NCBI GenBank assembly: GCA_965197305.1
Contig: CBDAMS010000013.1
Span: 1,199,121-1,263,120 of the forward strand
Source of the DNA: Candidatus Acidiferrales bacterium
GTDB taxonomy: Bacteria > Acidobacteriota > Terriglobia > Acidiferrales > UBA7541
Direction of reading: 5' to 3'
Length of the DNA: 64,000 nt
Shown here: piece by piece, positions 42,234-51,045 of the stretch
Layout of the letters: each line of letters begins with the position of its first letter
Position numbering within the stretch: position 1 is the first letter of the stretch
Position numbers and translations under genes: made by a program
The notes under the pieces: generated by a model
Databases searched by the model: none
The model's input: only the letters and a program-made list of their open reading frames with translations
What the model was told of the DNA's origin: nothing

Positions 42234-42544
42234 GAGCTCGAAGACTTTCCGGGCACCGAGCCGGTCTCCCTAGCGAACCAGGCCGTTGCTTTTGCCAGGA
42301 TTTCCCGCTCCAGCTTCAGCTGCCGGTTCTCTCGCCGCAGCCGGCACAGCTCCTCTCGCTCTGTACTCGTCAACCCGTCTGCTCGCCGTCCCTCATCCAG
42401 GTTCGCCTGATTGACCCAGCTGCGTATCGACTGCGCTGTCGGCTCGAACTCTCGGCCCAGTTCCTCCGGTGTCCTCCCGGCCCGGACCAGTTCCACCATC
42501 CGTGCCCGATACTCAGGCGGGTACGAGTATTGATTCCTTCCCAT
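42230..42544 (-). CDS. IS3-family transposase OrfA
   Basis: MGRNQYSYPPEYRARMVELVRAGRTPEELGREFEPTAQSIRSWVNQ...LRRENRQLKLEREILAKATAWFA. Confidence 0.8.
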   Translation of the reverse strand: MGRNQYSYPPEYRARMVELVRAGRTPEELGREFEPTAQSIRSWVNQANLDEGRRADGLTSTEREELCRLRRENRQLKLEREILAKATAWFARETGSVPGKSSSS

Positions 42545-42736
42545 TGTGGACTCCTTTCTCCCAAATTCTTAGGTGTCCACCAAATCGGGGCAACTCCACC
42601 TTCCGGTGTGCGAGACTCCATTGGTTTGCTGGCAGGCCTTTCCTGACAGGAGTTCGTTCAGGAGCGAGCCGCACTTGGGCGCCGCGCACCTTACGGCTTG
42701 AGGGCCTTCCTGCACTGGAAAAGGAGGCAAGCACCC

Positions 42737-43738
42737 ATGCAACTTCGCATTCTCGCGCTGGCAGCAGCGCTCATCGGGGCGGTGTCCGTCCCGCCTGCGT
42801 CCGCACAGAACCAGGGAAAGCGGGACCTGAAGGCCCAGCAGAAGGTGGAAGAAGAGGCGGAAAAGCGCCAGGAACTCCTGGAGGAGGTCCAGCCCATGGC
42901 GGACCGGTTCGCCGAGGCGATGGTGACCCGCAAGTACTCGGACTCCCTCGTCCAGGGCTACGTCAGCTCCCTAGGCCAGAGTTTGGTCCCGCCGGATTAC
43001 CCAGCATCCACTACGTTCTCGTTCCGGGTCGTGCAGGACATCTATCCGAACGCGTCCGCCCTTCCTGATGGGAGGATCTACCTCACAACCGGCATGCTCG
43101 CGCATGTCGAGAACGAGGCCCAGTTGGCCATGGTGCTAGGCCATGAGATTGGCCACGTGATTGAGGAGCACGCCCTGGAATCGCTGCGAAGGCGGCGCTC
43201 GGGGCAGCGCCGCAACAAGATAATCGGCGCCGCCGCCGGCGCGGCACTCGGTGGTCTCTTCGGCAGGAAGAAGGGCGGCAAGACCTCCGCGGTGTCGGGT
43301 GCCGCGGTAGGGGCCGCCGTCGGCGCTCTTGCTGCGACCGTGATCAATTCCGTGATCCGCTCAAGATATAGCAAGGAGCATGAGAAGGAGGCCGACCGGA
43401 TCGGCACCGAGCTCGCCCTGGCACGGGGATTCGACCCCCAGGAGGCGGTCCGGTTCTGGGAACGGCAGCACGAGCGGTTCGGGAAGAGAAGCCTCAGCCC
43501 GAAGATCGGAAACTCGCTCTTCGGCTCCCATCCGCGGGACCGCGTCCGGGCCGAGAACCTCAGGGCGCTGCTCGCTGCGGACCTGAAGTCCGCGATCGAC
43601 GACAAGCGGACTGGTGGTGGACTGGTTACGGGCACCCCGCGCTTCGGCAACGGCACTGTCACGTTAATCGTGTTGGGCCGCAATGGCCCGCATGGATTCC
43701 CTTTCAGGCGGCCGCACTCGCACTTTCCCATACATTGA
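42737..43738 (+). CDS. M48-family zinc metallopeptidase, secreted; native C-terminus replaced by IS6 sequence
   Basis: ATG at 42737 after AAGGAGG, a signal peptide, HExxH (LGHEIGHVIEEH), the third-ligand region EKEADRIG, and a terminal SHPRDRVRAENL motif. From 43652 onward the ORF runs inside the IS6 inverted repeat. Confidence 0.65.
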   Translation: MQLRILALAAALIGAVSVPPASAQNQGKRDLKAQQKVEEEAEKRQELLEEVQPMADRFAEAMVTRKYSDSLVQGYVSSLGQSLVPPDYPASTTFSFRVVQDIYPNASALPDGRIYLTTGMLAHVENEAQLAMVLGHEIGHVIEEHALESLRRRRSGQRRNKIIGAAAGAALGGLFGRKKGGKTSAVSGAAVGAAVGALAATVINSVIRSRYSKEHEKEADRIGTELALARGFDPQEAVRFWERQHERFGKRSLSPKIGNSLFGSHPRDRVRAENLRALLAADLKSAIDDKRTGGGLVTGTPRFGNGTVTLIVLGRNGPHGFPFRRPHSHFPIH

Positions 43739-44458
43739 ATGCGTCTTTTCGAAATCGTTTGAATGTGAGTCTGTTGCGTAAATGCCGCTGGACATAAAAG
43801 GTGTTGTAAACGGCGGATTGAATGTTCAGAAAGCGTTGGGCCGAACCCGGTGATTTGAAACGCTGCTGTTTTCGTTCTCGACGCCGGACGGGGTGATGCG
43901 AATTCTCGGCACGATTATTCGCACGCCTATCGTCGATGTGTTGAGCCGTTAGGCCGAGGGTTCGAATGGCGACGTAATAGGACCTGAGTTTATCGGTTGT
44001 AATCCGGGTGGGTGGCCAGCCTTGTTTCTTCAGCGGCTTGCGCATCAACTTCAACGCTGCTTGGGCGTTCCGCTTCGATTGCACGAGGAAATCCAGGACC
44101 TCGCCTTCATTGTCGACCCCGCGCCATAACCAATAACGCCGTCCGCGAATCACGATGACCATCTCATCAAGATGCCAATAGCCGTTGGGAATGGGTCGCG
44201 TGTGGCGCAGGTTTCGGGCAATCGGCGCACCAAACTTGAGGAACCAGCGCCGTACGCTCTCGTAGGAAATATCCAAACCCCGCTCCGCAAGGAGATCCTC
44301 CACATCCCGATAGCTCAGAGCGAACCTGGCATAGAGCCAAACGGCGCGTCGAATGATTTCCGGTGGAAAGCGGTGACGTTTGAAGGAGATGGTGTCCATC
44401 CCAAAAGGCCACACCGAAATCACCAGATCGAGATTAGAGCACTTAACGTGACAATGCC
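43652..44458 (-). mobile_element. IS6-family insertion sequence (807 bp)
   Basis: Terminal inverted repeats GGCACTGTCACGTTAA (43652-43667) and TTAACGTGACAATGCC (44443-44458), flanking a single transposase gene. Confidence 0.85.
43704..44399 (-). CDS. IS6-family (IS26-like) DDE transposase
   Basis: MDTISFKRHRFPPEIIRRAVWLYARFALSYRDVEDLLAERGLDISYESVRRWFLKFG...WHLDEMVI...TTDKLRSY... I chose the ATG at 44399. Confidence 0.9.
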   Translation of the reverse strand: MDTISFKRHRFPPEIIRRAVWLYARFALSYRDVEDLLAERGLDISYESVRRWFLKFGAPIARNLRHTRPIPNGYWHLDEMVIVIRGRRYWLWRGVDNEGEVLDFLVQSKRNAQAALKLMRKPLKKQGWPPTRITTDKLRSYYVAIRTLGLTAQHIDDRRANNRAENSHHPVRRRERKQQRFKSPGSAQRFLNIQSAVYNTFYVQRHLRNRLTFKRFRKDAFNVWESASAAA

Positions 44459-44460
44459 CG

Positions 44461-45225
44461 CGCACCAACCCGGGCAACCGCAAAGAGTACAAGCGCGTCA
44501 ACGGCCCGTTCACGCTCATCATGTTCTCAAGCAGCGCGAGCAAGCTCCCTTTCGGCAATCTGCCGCGCCTCTTGCTGGCCTGGCTGTGTACCGAAGCGGT
44601 ACGGACCCAAAGCCGTGTGCTGATCCTGGGGTCATCGCTTTCCGATTTCATGGATAAGCTCGGCATGGCTCCCGTCGGCGGCGCTCGGACGCGGCTCCGC
44701 AACCAGATGGACCGCCTGTACAACGCTCATGTCTCGCTGATCTACGAGGATGAGTGCGGCAAGGCCACCGTAAACTCGCTAATCGCCGATAGCACTGCGT
44801 TCTGGTGGAATCCGCGACGGCCCGACCAGCCTTCACTCTGGGACAGCAAGATCGAACTCAGCGAGAAGTTTTTCAACGAGATCATCCGCCACCCCGTACC
44901 GCTCGACATGAACATCCTCACGGCCCTCAAACGCTCCACGTTGGGCCTAGACCTGTATCTCTGGCTGACCTACCGCACCTTCGCGCTCCGTGCTCCGCTA
45001 CGCCTCACTTGGAAGCACCTGTACCGCCAGTTCGGCGCACACCCGGCCAAGGCCAGCGACAACAACACCGTTCAAGCCTTCCGTTACAAGGTTCTCCGCG
45101 AGTTGAAGAAGATCAAGTTGGCCTGGAAGGACTTGAACTACTCGACGGCTCCGGGGGTCTTGATCTTGCATCCCTCGACTCCTGCCATCCCTCCGGCTTC
45201 GGGGCATCCCGAATTAGTCAGCTAA
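44461..45225 (+). pseudogene. plasmid-type replication initiator (RepA-like), 5'-truncated at the IS6 boundary
   Basis: The frame is open from the IS6 end: ...KEYKRVNGPFTLIMFSSSASKLPFGNLPRLLLAWLCTEAVRTQSRVLILGSSLSDFMDKLGM...GGARTRLRNQMDRLYNA...LDLYLWLTYR... matches my recollection of the 'plasmid-encoded RepA' family. Confidence 0.55.
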
Positions 45226-45339
45226 GGCCCGTTGCGGCCCTAGAGATAGCCTCTAACGGCCCTGTTGCGGAGCGAGAGACTTTCTAGCAGTGCCCCGACC
45301 GGCTGAAAGCCGCTCCTGGGGCGTCCTAAGCGATTTGCC

Positions 45340-45610
45340 GCCGTGAGGCTTATCCACAGGTGCCGGTGATTCGAGAGAGTTATCCAGTACCAAACGGGTA
45401 ACACACCCCCCCCCGATTCGTGGACCAAACGGGTAACACATACAAGTAGTTAAAGAACTAGTAGTACAGAACAAGTAGTAGGAGCAACTACGGCTGTGGA
45501 TAACTTGCTGAAGAGAAAACACCCAAGAGGGGGCGCGCCCCTCCCGAAAAACCAAAACCCTCCTTATAGGTAAATAACTGAAATAAAAATAACTTACAGC
45601 AAACCGCAGC
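45340..45610. other. oriV-like region: DnaA boxes, iterons and an AT-rich stretch
   Basis: Perfect DnaA boxes TTATCCACA (45350-45358) and TGTGGATAA (45495-45503), plus a near-box TTATCCAGT (45380-45388). Two 17-bp direct repeats ACCAAACGGGTAACACA (45389-45405, 45424-45440). Three A(C/A)(A/T)AGTAGT 9-mers at 45442-45479. An A/T-rich run at about 45560-45600 (GTAAATAACTGAAATAAAAATAACTTA). Sits immediately downstream of the repA remnant. Confidence 0.45.
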
Positions 45611-46005
45611 GGAACGGGGGAAACTGGACGACAACAAAATCCAACCCAAAACCCCGGATAGCCTCCGCCAAGGGGCGAGTCAAGCCGCTGGCGCGGCTCC
45701 TACGCTGCGCTACGGCCCTGCGGGTGACAGCGCCCCTCGGCTACGGCTCAGATGGCTGGTATGGCCGAAAGGTTCCCTTCGGCCCGTCCACACGGCCCGA
45801 AATCCCCCTTTTCCCTCGTGAACAGCGCGTCTCTCCAGATCGACCCGGAGCGGTCCAGGGCGCGAAGCGGCGCAGCGAACCCTTGACGGCGAGGACCGAT
45901 CTGGAATCATGCGCGACGAGGGAAAGGGGATTCAAGAGCGAGGGGGAAGGGCCGGTAGAGGAAGCCCCAGTCGGGGCTTGCGCAGACGCCCGTGGAGACA
46001 CTCTG

Positions 46006-46303
46006 TTAGTTGAGTTGCGAGCGCTCCTGCATATCCATCCGCACCCCCAGAACTCGAAGCGCCTCCATCTTCGCTTTCACCTCGGAAGGGCCGATCACGC
46101 GGAGCGTGTCAAATAAACTCGCGCAGGCTCTCCGGTCCCAACCCACAAACGTGAAGAGCATCGGCGACCTGGGCGCAGTCGGGGCAGAGTGTCTGTCCAG
46201 TCCCGATGTCTTCACCCTCGACGCCGCACAGCGTGATCGACTCGCTGCAGGACTCGCCCACCCAGTCCACGCGCAAGTGGCGATAACGTCCTTGGTTCTT
46301 CAT
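46006..46303 (-). pseudogene. small Cys-containing gene apparently split by a frameshift
   Basis: ORF 46109-46303 (…CSESITLCGVEGEDIGTGQTLCPDC…) and the 3' part of ORF 46006-46215 (…LFDTLRVIGPSEVKAKMEALRVLGVRMD…) overlap in different frames. A 10-bp imperfect palindrome lies upstream at 46388-46413. Function unknown. Confidence 0.25.
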
Positions 46304-46510
46304 GGCCTTTAGAGATGACCTCAGTTGCGCTTGCCGTTTTTCTCTCGTTGGGCAGGGGTCGGGGAGGATTTCTCTGCTCTAAAATCCCCTATGATAATGC
46401 TTCTTATCGTAGGCTAATAGACACGCCCTCCCGGCCCGGTCCGTCGTCCCGTGTCTGTTAGCCAGGGTACTAGCTTGATATCGATTGATTTTCAAGTCAA
46501 AAGCGCCAAC

Positions 46511-46816
46511 CTAGCGAGTCTCTGCGACGACCAGACCGGCCCGTTTGCGCGCTCTCATTCGCGCGTTCGCCAAATCGTAACTGGCTTGGTACCGCATCCA
46601 GAAATCGGCATTCGACCAGCCGGCTGCCTCGAATCGCAAGGCCATATCGGCCGAGATTCCGCCCCGACCGTTGAGCACGCGGTCCAGCGTCGTGCGGGCC
46701 ACGCCCAACTTCTCGGCCGCACTAGTCACCGTCAACCCTTCGACCTTCAGACAATCTTCCCGCAATGCCTCGCCGGGGTGGATGTTGGCCACGATCTCAT
46801 CGCCCATCATGCGCAT
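46511..46816 (-). CDS. higA: HigA-family antitoxin (XRE-type HTH)
   Basis: ...IHPGEALREDCLKVEGLTVTSAAEKLGVARTTLDRVLNGRGGISADMALRFEAAGWSNADFWMRYQASYDL is a classic HigA sequence. Confidence 0.8.
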   Translation of the reverse strand: MRMMGDEIVANIHPGEALREDCLKVEGLTVTSAAEKLGVARTTLDRVLNGRGGISADMALRFEAAGWSNADFWMRYQASYDLANARMRARKRAGLVVAETR

Positions 46817-46833
46817 GTTGTTCCTCCTAATGG

Positions 46834-47109
46834 TTAGTGGTAATCGGTCAAGTCAACGTCGAACACGTCGCCGTCCTCCATGCGGAACAGAATTCGCCAG
46901 TTCGCCGACACCCGCACTGACCAATAGCCGACAAGCTCGCCCTTCAGCGCGTGCAGCCGGTAACCAGGCAAGGCCATGTCGCGGGGAGTGATGGCGATGT
47001 CCAGTTCCCTCAAGATGCGCACGATCCGCGCCGCGTGTTCCGGCGGAAGGCGGCTGCGGTCACCGCGAACCGCTCGCTTCAACGCTTGATGTCGCACCGA
47101 TTTGAGCAC
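46834..47109 (-). CDS. higB: HigB-family toxin (RelE/ParE superfamily 'killer protein')
   Basis: (V)LKSVRHQALKR...PGYRLHALKGELVGYWSVRVSANWRILFRMEDGDVFDVDLTDYH. GTG start; lies 17 nt upstream of higA. Confidence 0.8.
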   Translation of the reverse strand: MLKSVRHQALKRAVRGDRSRLPPEHAARIVRILRELDIAITPRDMALPGYRLHALKGELVGYWSVRVSANWRILFRMEDGDVFDVDLTDYH

Positions 47110-47189
47110 GGAAACACTGTCGCATGGTGCGCGTCATGCGTCAACCCGGCCGCGAGATCTCATACTGGTCGAAGAACGGCCCGACCTGG

Positions 47190-47925
47190 TCAGTGAGCAA
47201 ATCCGCAGCGGTGATCGGTGTCTTCTGGTCGTGGGTTGAGACTCAGCGCACTGCTTATGCGCCTATTGAATATCGCAATCCAACTCTCATGTTCGTCTTT
47301 TAAACCAGCGACCAACTCTTCGACAAGAGAGTCGTCAATAGCCTCAGGGTGACCGTGTACAAAGTTGTTTCGACGCTCCTGTACGCGCTCAAGGAGATGC
47401 GAAACCTTGGAGTACCCAAGGTCGTTGAGGTCTGCCCAGTACGTCGTGGAGAAGATAACCTTAGTAGAGCCTATCCAGCCGGGAACCGATTGAAGAGTAG
47501 CGGCGAAGAAGGTCTTCCGTCACCGCCTCGGGTAGAGCCGCCATCGTTTCTCGAAAAAGTCTTTCGATACGCGTTTCGAAGTAAGTCCAAAATACAAGGA
47601 TGACGATCGCTCGAGGAGAGGGGCGGCACCGCTCGGAGATTGAGAGAAATCGGTCTGCGTCGGTGATGGGCCTGAGCCATTCTCGTTCTAGCATTTTGAG
47701 GTAGACCCAATCCTCATACTTACCTTCTCCGCCCATGAAAGCGGGCGCCACTCTGTGTTCTGTCCCGTCGGAATCTTGGAACACCGTCCACTCCATATTT
47801 TGCAAGAGCTCGCCACAGGACGGGCAATGACCCTTCGTAGTGCGGATTCCTCCGCAAGCGCAACGAACATACCCACTCCATAGTGAGGTCCAAGACCGGT
47901 CGTTTGGAAGTGATTCGAACCACAT
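47190..47925 (-). pseudogene. Zn-ribbon protein with a C-terminal Rx4H (HEPN-like) motif, interrupted by a 1-nt frameshift
   Basis: ORF 47461-47925 (CACGG...CPSCG) ends ...RLDRLY-TAA. The +1 frame then stays open for about 90 codons with no start: (K)VIFSTTYWADLNDLGYSKVSHLLERVQERRNNFVHGHPEAIDD..., ending at TGA 47190-47192. Confidence 0.45.
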
Positions 47926-48745
47926 GGGAACATGGCTGGAACCTGATGGAGTGGACGTATCGTTACGCGATTGCCTGAATGCGGCTAGGGAACCGAATTC
48001 TTAATGCGCCGCCCGTGCCCCGCCCGGATAGCCTATCTACCGCAGTCGACCCCAGGCAAGCCCCAGAAGTAGTTAGCGGGTACTGCGAGCGACAGCCACG
48101 CGGCAAGCCCAACCGGCCACAGCGTACCACGAACCAGCGCCACGGCGGCATATTGGCCGGCAGCCACGGCAGCGAAAGCACGCCGAACGAAAGCCGGCGT
48201 CATAGCCGAGCGGCCCTCCGAAGGGTACCGACCAGATTTGTGTTGAAATACACGCTAAGGCTCGCGCATCTTGAGCTTGGCGGGGTCGATCTTGATCTCG
48301 CCGTAGAGCAGTTGACCATACGTACGGGAATGTGCATTCAACCTGTGGATAACTCTGGATCGTATACTCGGCCACGATGGAACGGTTTTCCGGGGCGATC
48401 CAGAGCGCATACGAAGAGCACGAGTGTCCGCCGCGCATTCACGAAGCGCTTGGACGGCTGATCGAAAGGAAGGTGCCGGAGATCGACGGGTATCTACTCT
48501 CGCCCGTCTCGAGCCTGCCGTCGAAAGTCGCCGATGTCCTACAGCTCGGGACGCGGCGGACGATCGATCTTACTGAGTCGTCGATACGGGAGATAAACCG
48601 GGAGCAGGTGATCAGCTCGTGCCTTCTCGTTCGGGGAGCGCTCGAGACGGCGTGCCTGATGTGGGATCTCACGCGCCGGGTGACGAAGGACGTGCGCGCT
48701 GGCACTGACCTAACCGACCTCATCACGACGGCCACGGGGGATTTC

Positions 48746-48856
48746 AAGCTCCCCTACGGGAACCTGCCGCGCCTGATCCTCGCGTGGCTTTGCACCGAAG
48801 CGGTACAGACCCAAAGCCGCGAGCTAGCTCTAGGCCGGTCGCTCTCCGACTGCATT
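48746..48856 (+). pseudogene. third RepA-like fragment
   Basis: KLPYGNLPRLILAWLCTEAVQTQSRELALGRSLSDCI compares with KLPFGNLPRLLLAWLCTEAVRTQSRVLILGSSLSDFM at 44.5 kb. It is embedded in the chimeric ORF 48377-49018. Confidence 0.5.
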
Positions 48857-48886
48857 CGGAACGCGGTGCCATCGAACGACAGGTTG

Positions 48887-49795
48887 TCAGAAGTGGTATT
48901 TCAGGCTCAGGTTGAAACCGAACAGCTTCATGTCGTCTGCCATGATGGTGCCCGATACCGATTCGCTCCCGTCCCTGCGCAGATTCGGCACGTGGCTGCG
49001 CAACGGAATCCATTCTAAACGCTCGCTATGGAAGGATGAGAAGTTGATCCAGTGGCCCTTCACCCCTATGGACAGAGACTCCGTGATTTCGTAGTCCACT
49101 CCGAACAGCACCTGATAACCGAACAGGGTGTCGGAAAGTGCCTTCTGGGCGACACTGGTCGTTCCGGCAAGGTTCCGGCGGATCTGCTCGACGTTGGGCA
49201 GCCCCTCTCCGGTGGAGATCGCGGTGGGGTCGGCGTTCCTGGCCCACAGACTGGTGTATTCCATTTTGGCAGAACCGATACCCATGCCCAGCCCGGCATA
49301 GGGGGTAAACCGGGTGCTGTTGGTGAAGTCCAGATACAGGTTCCCGAACAGATTGTGCCCGGCGAGGGTGCCTATGCGGTCCGTCGCCACCTGAATTTCC
49401 TGACGAATCTTGTCGCCGGAGGCTCCGGTGGCGAAGGGAATATCGGCGGTCTGGTCATATCGGGAGGCCCGGTAGAAGTATTCGAACTCTGGCCTAAGGC
49501 GGACCCGCATCCCGTCCGGGTCGTTCTTTCCTGTTCGATACCCCAGCACGAATCCGGACAGAAAGCCACCGGCGCTGTCAAACCTGTTGTTCCAGTCGTC
49601 ACCTAACCCGCGATGCGAACCCGTGCAGTTGTAGTCTTCATACCCGGCAGTTTGTGTCACGGTCGTGTACAGCGGGTTGATATACTCGTCACACACGCTG
49701 GCCCGGTCGTCGCTGTCTCCTGTGGTATTCATTCCCGGGACGAAGTTCTGGCCCATCTCGAAGCCGAGATATATTTCCTGACCATGCGCCGCCCC
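48887..49795 (-). pseudogene. beta-barrel outer-membrane protein gene (copy 1), body separated from its 5' end by IS3-2
   Basis: The frame is open up to the IS boundary (…GAAHGQEIYLGFEMGQNF…), there is no signal peptide, and the C-terminus reads ...FGFNLSLKYHF. Paralogous to 52630-53570. Confidence 0.7.
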
Positions 49796-49837
49796 TGACC
49801 TGCCTGATTTTTTAGTCCAGGAACAGTGAGAGGGTTT

Positions 49838-50713
49838 TTATATCACAGCCATGGGCTGTGAAGATGGATTTGCTCCCCAGTGGCTACAGGCCGCCGGGGC
49901 AGGCGGCCTGTAGCCGAGCGCCGAGTGCGGCCTCTTAGTGTTGTATTCCACGCGCCACATTTCGATCACCACCTGCGCCTCCTTCAGCGAGTAGAAAATC
50001 TCTCCATTCAGGCATTCATCCCGCAGCTTCCCGTTGAAACTCTCACAGTACCCGTTCTCCCAGGGACTGCCCGGTTCGATGTACAGCGTTCCTGTCCCCA
50101 CACTCGCCAGCCACTTCCGCAGTTTCTTCGATACGAATTCCGGGCCATTATCGGAACGAATATGCTCCGGAATTCCCCGCCACAGCATCACGTCGGCCAG
50201 CGCCTCAATCACCTCATAACTCCCCAACCGTCGTGCCACCCGGATCGCCAGGCACTCCCGCGTGTATTCATCCATCAGCGTCAGCATCCGCAACGTTCTC
50301 CCGTCGTGCGTCTTCCCGCTTACGAAGTCATAGCTCCACACATGATTGGCTCGCTCCGGCCTCAGTCGAAGGCACGACCCGTCGTTCAGCCACAGCCGCC
50401 CTCGGGGCCGCTGTTTCTGTGGTACTTTCAACCCCTCGCGTCGCCAGATGCGCTGCACCCGATCCTTACCCACCTGCCAGCCAGCACCTTGCAGCAGCGC
50501 TGTAATCCGCCGGTAGCCATAGCGCCCATATTCACTGGCCAGCGCAACCATCGCTTCGGTCAGCGCATCTTCGTCGATCCTCTGGATCGCGGCGTAGCGT
50601 TGTGTCCTTCGCCACTGCCCCAGCAGCCGACAGGCATGCCGCTCACTTACTTCGTACTTCTCTCGCGCATGCTCCACCGCACAACGTCGCCGCTCAGGGT
50701 TCAGAAGTTTCCC
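49838..50713 (-). CDS. IS3-family transposase OrfB (rve/DDE)
   Basis: ...YGYRRITALLQGAGWQVGKDRVQRIWR...HVWSYDFV...DNGPEFVS...PWENGYCESFNGKLRDE... GGGAAAC heptamer at 50707-50713. Confidence 0.8.
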   Translation of the reverse strand, partial: GKLLNPERRRCAVEHAREKYEVSERHACRLLGQWRRTQRYAAIQRIDEDALTEAMVALASEYGRYGYRRITALLQGAGWQVGKDRVQRIWRREGLKVPQKQRPRGRLWLNDGSCLRLRPERANHVWSYDFVSGKTHDGRTLRMLTLMDEYTRECLAIRVARRLGSYEVIEALADVMLWRGIPEHIRSDNGPEFVSKKLRKWLASVGTGTLYIEPGSPWENGYCESFNGKLRDECLNGEIFYSLKEAQVVIEMWRVEYNTKRPHSALGYRPPAPAACSHWGANPSSQPMAVI

Positions 50714-50979
50714 GAGGCCACATCCTTCAGAATTTGCTTCTCCAGAGACAGTTCCGCCACCAAACGCTTCAGCTTCGCGTTCTCCCGCTCCAGCTCCTTC
50801 ATTCGTTTCGCTTGATCCAGCTTCAGGCCGCCGAACTCTTTCCTCCAGCGGTAGTACGTCTGCTGAGTGATCTAAACTTCCTTGCAGGCTTGCGGGGTGG
50901 GCTTTCCGTTCGCAATTCCTACTTCAATCTGACGCAGCAATGTCACGATCTGCTCTGCTTTGTATCTCTTCATCGGCAT
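50701..50979 (-). pseudogene. IS3-family OrfA with an in-frame TAG at codon 36
   Basis: My own translation: MPMKRYKAEQIVTLLRQIEVGIANGKPTPQACKEV-[TAG, 50872-50874]-ITQQTYYRWRKEFGGLKLDQAKRMKELERENAKLKRLVAELSLEKQILKDVASGNF. Confidence 0.75.
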
Positions 50980-51045
50980 GTCCAGCTCTCCTTGAGAGTG
51001 ATTCTCTCTCACTCCCGCTGGACTAATTCAAGCCGATCAGGTCAG

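Larger units (their letters stand above)
41236..42598 (-). mobile_element. IS3-family insertion sequence, apparently intact
   Basis: Inverted repeats GGCTTGCCCCGTTTCAGTGGACA (41236-) and TGTCCACCAAATCGGGGCAACTCCA (-42598). It contains orfA and orfB. Confidence 0.75.
49796..51044 (-). mobile_element. IS3-family insertion sequence (copy IS3-2) inserted in the OMP gene; orfA carries a nonsense codon
   Basis: Ends TGACCTGCCTGATTTTTTAGTCCAGG (49796-) and ...CTGGACTAATTCAAGCCGATCAGGTCA (-51044). The first 120 bp are identical to IS3-1 (30671-30790). Confidence 0.8.

Noticed and set aside
48033-48203. 56-codon minus-strand ORF (MTPAFVRRAFAAVAAGQYAAVALVRGTLWPVGLAAWLSLAVPANYFWGLPGVDCGR) with a GGAGGG upstream. 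Possibly a small two-TM protein.
   Set aside because: It is below the track threshold and sits in G+C-rich DNA where hydrophobic Ala/Val/Leu ORFs arise by chance. There is no supporting context.
48377-48745. First ~120 codons of ORF 48377-49018 (…SSCLLVRGALETACLMWDL…), considered as an Abi/DUF5677-like defence gene fragment.
   Set aside because: This rests only on a vague resemblance. The ORF is a chimera that runs into a RepA fragment and then into the antisense of the OMP gene.
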